Of a stretch of DNA of 64,000 nucleotides, positions 62,050-64,000 are shown piece by piece. The position numbers and the translations under genes were made by a program. The first letter of the stretch is position 1, and each line of letters begins with the position of its first letter. Source of the DNA: Promethearchaeota archaeon. Lineage in GTDB: Archaea; Asgardarchaeota; Lokiarchaeia; Sigyniarchaeales; SOKP01. The notes below the pieces were generated by a model. That model saw only the letters and a list, made by a program, of their open reading frames with translations, ran no database searches and was not told the DNA's origin. The stretch covers positions 160,001 through 224,000 of the forward strand of contig JAHPZE010000003.1 in NCBI GenBank assembly GCA_019058365.1, in the 5' to 3' direction.

Positions 62050-64000
62050 TTGACTCATATTAAAAAAATTTCTATGAGTGGTTTCAAATCTTTTGGAGAT
62101 CGAACAGTAACTATCAAACTTTCAAGCGGATTCACATGCATCGTTGGACCAAATGGGGCAGGTAAATCTAATATAATAGACGCCCTATGTTTCTCGTTAG
62201 GTAGGTTAAGCAAAAAAACTATGAGAGCAAAAAGTCTAGAGGATCTAATCTTTGCTGGTTCACGAGGAAAAAATCCCTCCCAAAGAGCTTCTGTTACATT
62301 ATATTTTGATAATTCTGATAATGTTTTTCCAGGAGTGACTGGTGATTTTGAGATTACTCGTGTTATCAAGAGGGGTGGTGGTGGGGGATATAAAATGAAT
62401 GGAAAAAAAGTCACTCGCCAACAAATACTTAACGCTTTAGCCGCAGCAAATATTGATCCTGATGGTAGTAATCAATTCGTATTACAAGGAAAGATAGTCG
62501 AATTAACACATATGAATCCTGAAGATCGTAGAAAATTTATTGAGGAATTAATAGGACTTCAAAAATACGATGAAATGAAGGATGTTACTTTAAAAGAATT
62601 AGAAAAAGCAGAAAGAGATTTAGGACAATTTGAAGCAATCTTCAAAGAAGTATCCACCCAACTGAAAAAAGTTGAAAAAGAAAAAAATGATGCTTTAGCT
62701 TGGAAAGAATTGGATGAACAAATAAATTTTTTAAACTCACAGTTAATTGCCTTGAAAATTTCAAAATTAAGAGAAGAGGAAGATGAACTAGAAAAAAAAG
62801 TTGAAGTTTCTTCAAAAATCGTTGAAGAACTGCAAGAAAAAATAAACCGGCAAGAAGATGTATTAAAACAAGAATCTCTTGTTATGGATAATATCCAAAA
62901 AACTATTACTGACAAAGAAAAAGAAAGAGAGCAAATAACCGAAAATATAACTCAAATAAAAACTCAAATATCTTCAAGTCAAACGACTTTAGATTTAGAT
63001 AAAAAATCTATCGATAAATTAACTAAAGAAATTGAATCCTTAGAAAGTCAACAAATGAAACTTGAGGAAGGACAGACTTTTGATTCATTAATAGAAAGTG
63101 CATCAAAGGAAATTTCAGAAAATGAAGATCAGATTGAAGAAGCTAAAAAAGAAATTGAAAAGAGGCAACAAAACCAAGCTGAACTAGACCTTAAAATAAA
63201 AAATAATGAAGATGAAAAATCCCTTTTTAAAGCAGAAATATCCAAAATACAACAAAGTGTATCATCTAATAATGCTCAAATTAAGGTCTTAAGAGGAAAT
63301 GTAAAAAAAAATGAAGAAAAGAAGGAAAAATTAGAAAACGAATTACAAAGGCTAAAAAAAGATGCTGAAAGTATCGATGAGGCTATTGAAGCAACTAAAA
63401 AAGCAGAATCAGAAATTAGAAATAGAATAAACGACTTAAATATCAAAATTTCTAAAGAAAATCAAAATCAAAAAGATCTAGAAAATAATATTAACTCCAT
63501 CCAATCAGAAAAAAATCAATTAAATTCTAAATTGGCAAATTTTCAAGCTACCTTATCCTCTATAAGTACAGAAATTAAAATGAATCGTGAAAACATACAA
63601 GAATTAAATGAAAAGAAAACGTCTATAGAGGAAAAGATTACAGATTTAAGTAAAGGTAAAGATGCTGAAAAAGCAGTAAAAGAATTACTGAGTGAAAATG
63701 AAACAATTAATAAAGATTTAATCGATTTAAAAGCAAAATTAAAACAAGAAAATTCAGTCTATAGGAAGAATGAACAAGATTTAGAATTATTGAAAATGAA
63801 GAAATATTCTTGTGAATCAGAAATCAGTGATAATAATGCAAAGATTGATAATATTAATACAGAACTAAAAATTCTTACAAAAGAATTAACAACATTGGAC
63901 CGAGAAAAGAATAATTTAGCGTTGCATGTAGATACCTTAAATAAAAATCTTACAGATATTACAAGTTCCACTGAAAAGTTTATAATTAAAAAGGATAATG
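62050..64000 (+). CDS. smc: Chromosome segregation protein SMC (N-terminal part; runs off window; not in ORF track)
   Basis: TTG start after GGAG; MTHIKKISMSGFKSFG, Walker A GPNGAGKSN, Q-loop VLQG, long coiled coil with no stop seen. Confidence 0.95.
   Translation, partial: MTHIKKISMSGFKSFGDRTVTIKLSSGFTCIVGPNGAGKSNIIDALCFSLGRLSKKTMRAKSLEDLIFAGSRGKNPSQRASVTLYFDNSDNVFPGVTGDFEITRVIKRGGGGGYKMNGKKVTRQQILNALAAANIDPDGSNQFVLQGKIVELTHMNPEDRRKFIEELIGLQKYDEMKDVTLKELEKAERDLGQFEAIFKEVSTQLKKVEKEKNDALAWKELDEQINFLNSQLIALKISKLREEEDELEKKVEVSSKIVEELQEKINRQEDVLKQESLVMDNIQKTITDKEKEREQITENITQIKTQISSSQTTLDLDKKSIDKLTKEIESLESQQMKLEEGQTFDSLIESASKEISENEDQIEEAKKEIEKRQQNQAELDLKIKNNEDEKSLFKAEISKIQQSVSSNNAQIKVLRGNVKKNEEKKEKLENELQRLKKDAESIDEAIEATKKAESEIRNRINDLNIKISKENQNQKDLENNINSIQSEKNQLNSKLANFQATLSSISTEIKMNRENIQELNEKKTSIEEKITDLSKGKDAEKAVKELLSENETINKDLIDLKAKLKQENSVYRKNEQDLELLKMKKYSCESEISDNNAKIDNINTELKILTKELTTLDREKNNLALHVDTLNKNLTDITSSTEKFIIKKDN

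Noticed and set aside
62055-63971. Minus-strand ORFs 62055-62414, 62559-62915 and 63759-63971
   Set aside because: Antisense shadows of smc

Overview
Strongly AT-rich, gene-dense archaeal chromosome segment, most likely an Asgard archaeon of the Lokiarchaeia type. The informational genes are archaeal: rpl3/4/23, rpl15e, class I LysRS, ABCE1, TFB, archaeosine TGT, Trm5, Rpp30/Pop5, RqcH, Cdc6-like and SMC. Several eukaryote-signature-like proteins are also present: roadblock, Rag-like GTPase-roadblock fusion, longin/uDENN-wHTH, EMC6-like and V4R. The top candidate for an undescribed system is a compact RiPP locus at about 21.6-25.1 kb. It has an uncalled 46-aa multi-core precursor ORF (24870-25010, minus; PHGGKGCPRFQV x2 then PHGRTGFPY) directly upstream of a stand-alone YcaO, with a convergent MFS transporter and a divergent giant Lrp-repeat-like protein. 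Other items missed by the ORF track: a tRNA-Ile(GAU) that appears to carry an intron at the very unusual 7/8 position plus a leader duplicating tRNA nt 1-13; a C/D-box sRNA whose guide points to 23S rRNA G2251; two conserved genes that seem to need ATA/ATT starts; a Tad-like pilus locus with Flp-type pilins; a pseudogene; two Zn-ribbon microproteins; and a truncated smc at the window end. All family assignments come from motif recognition by eye; no database searches were run.
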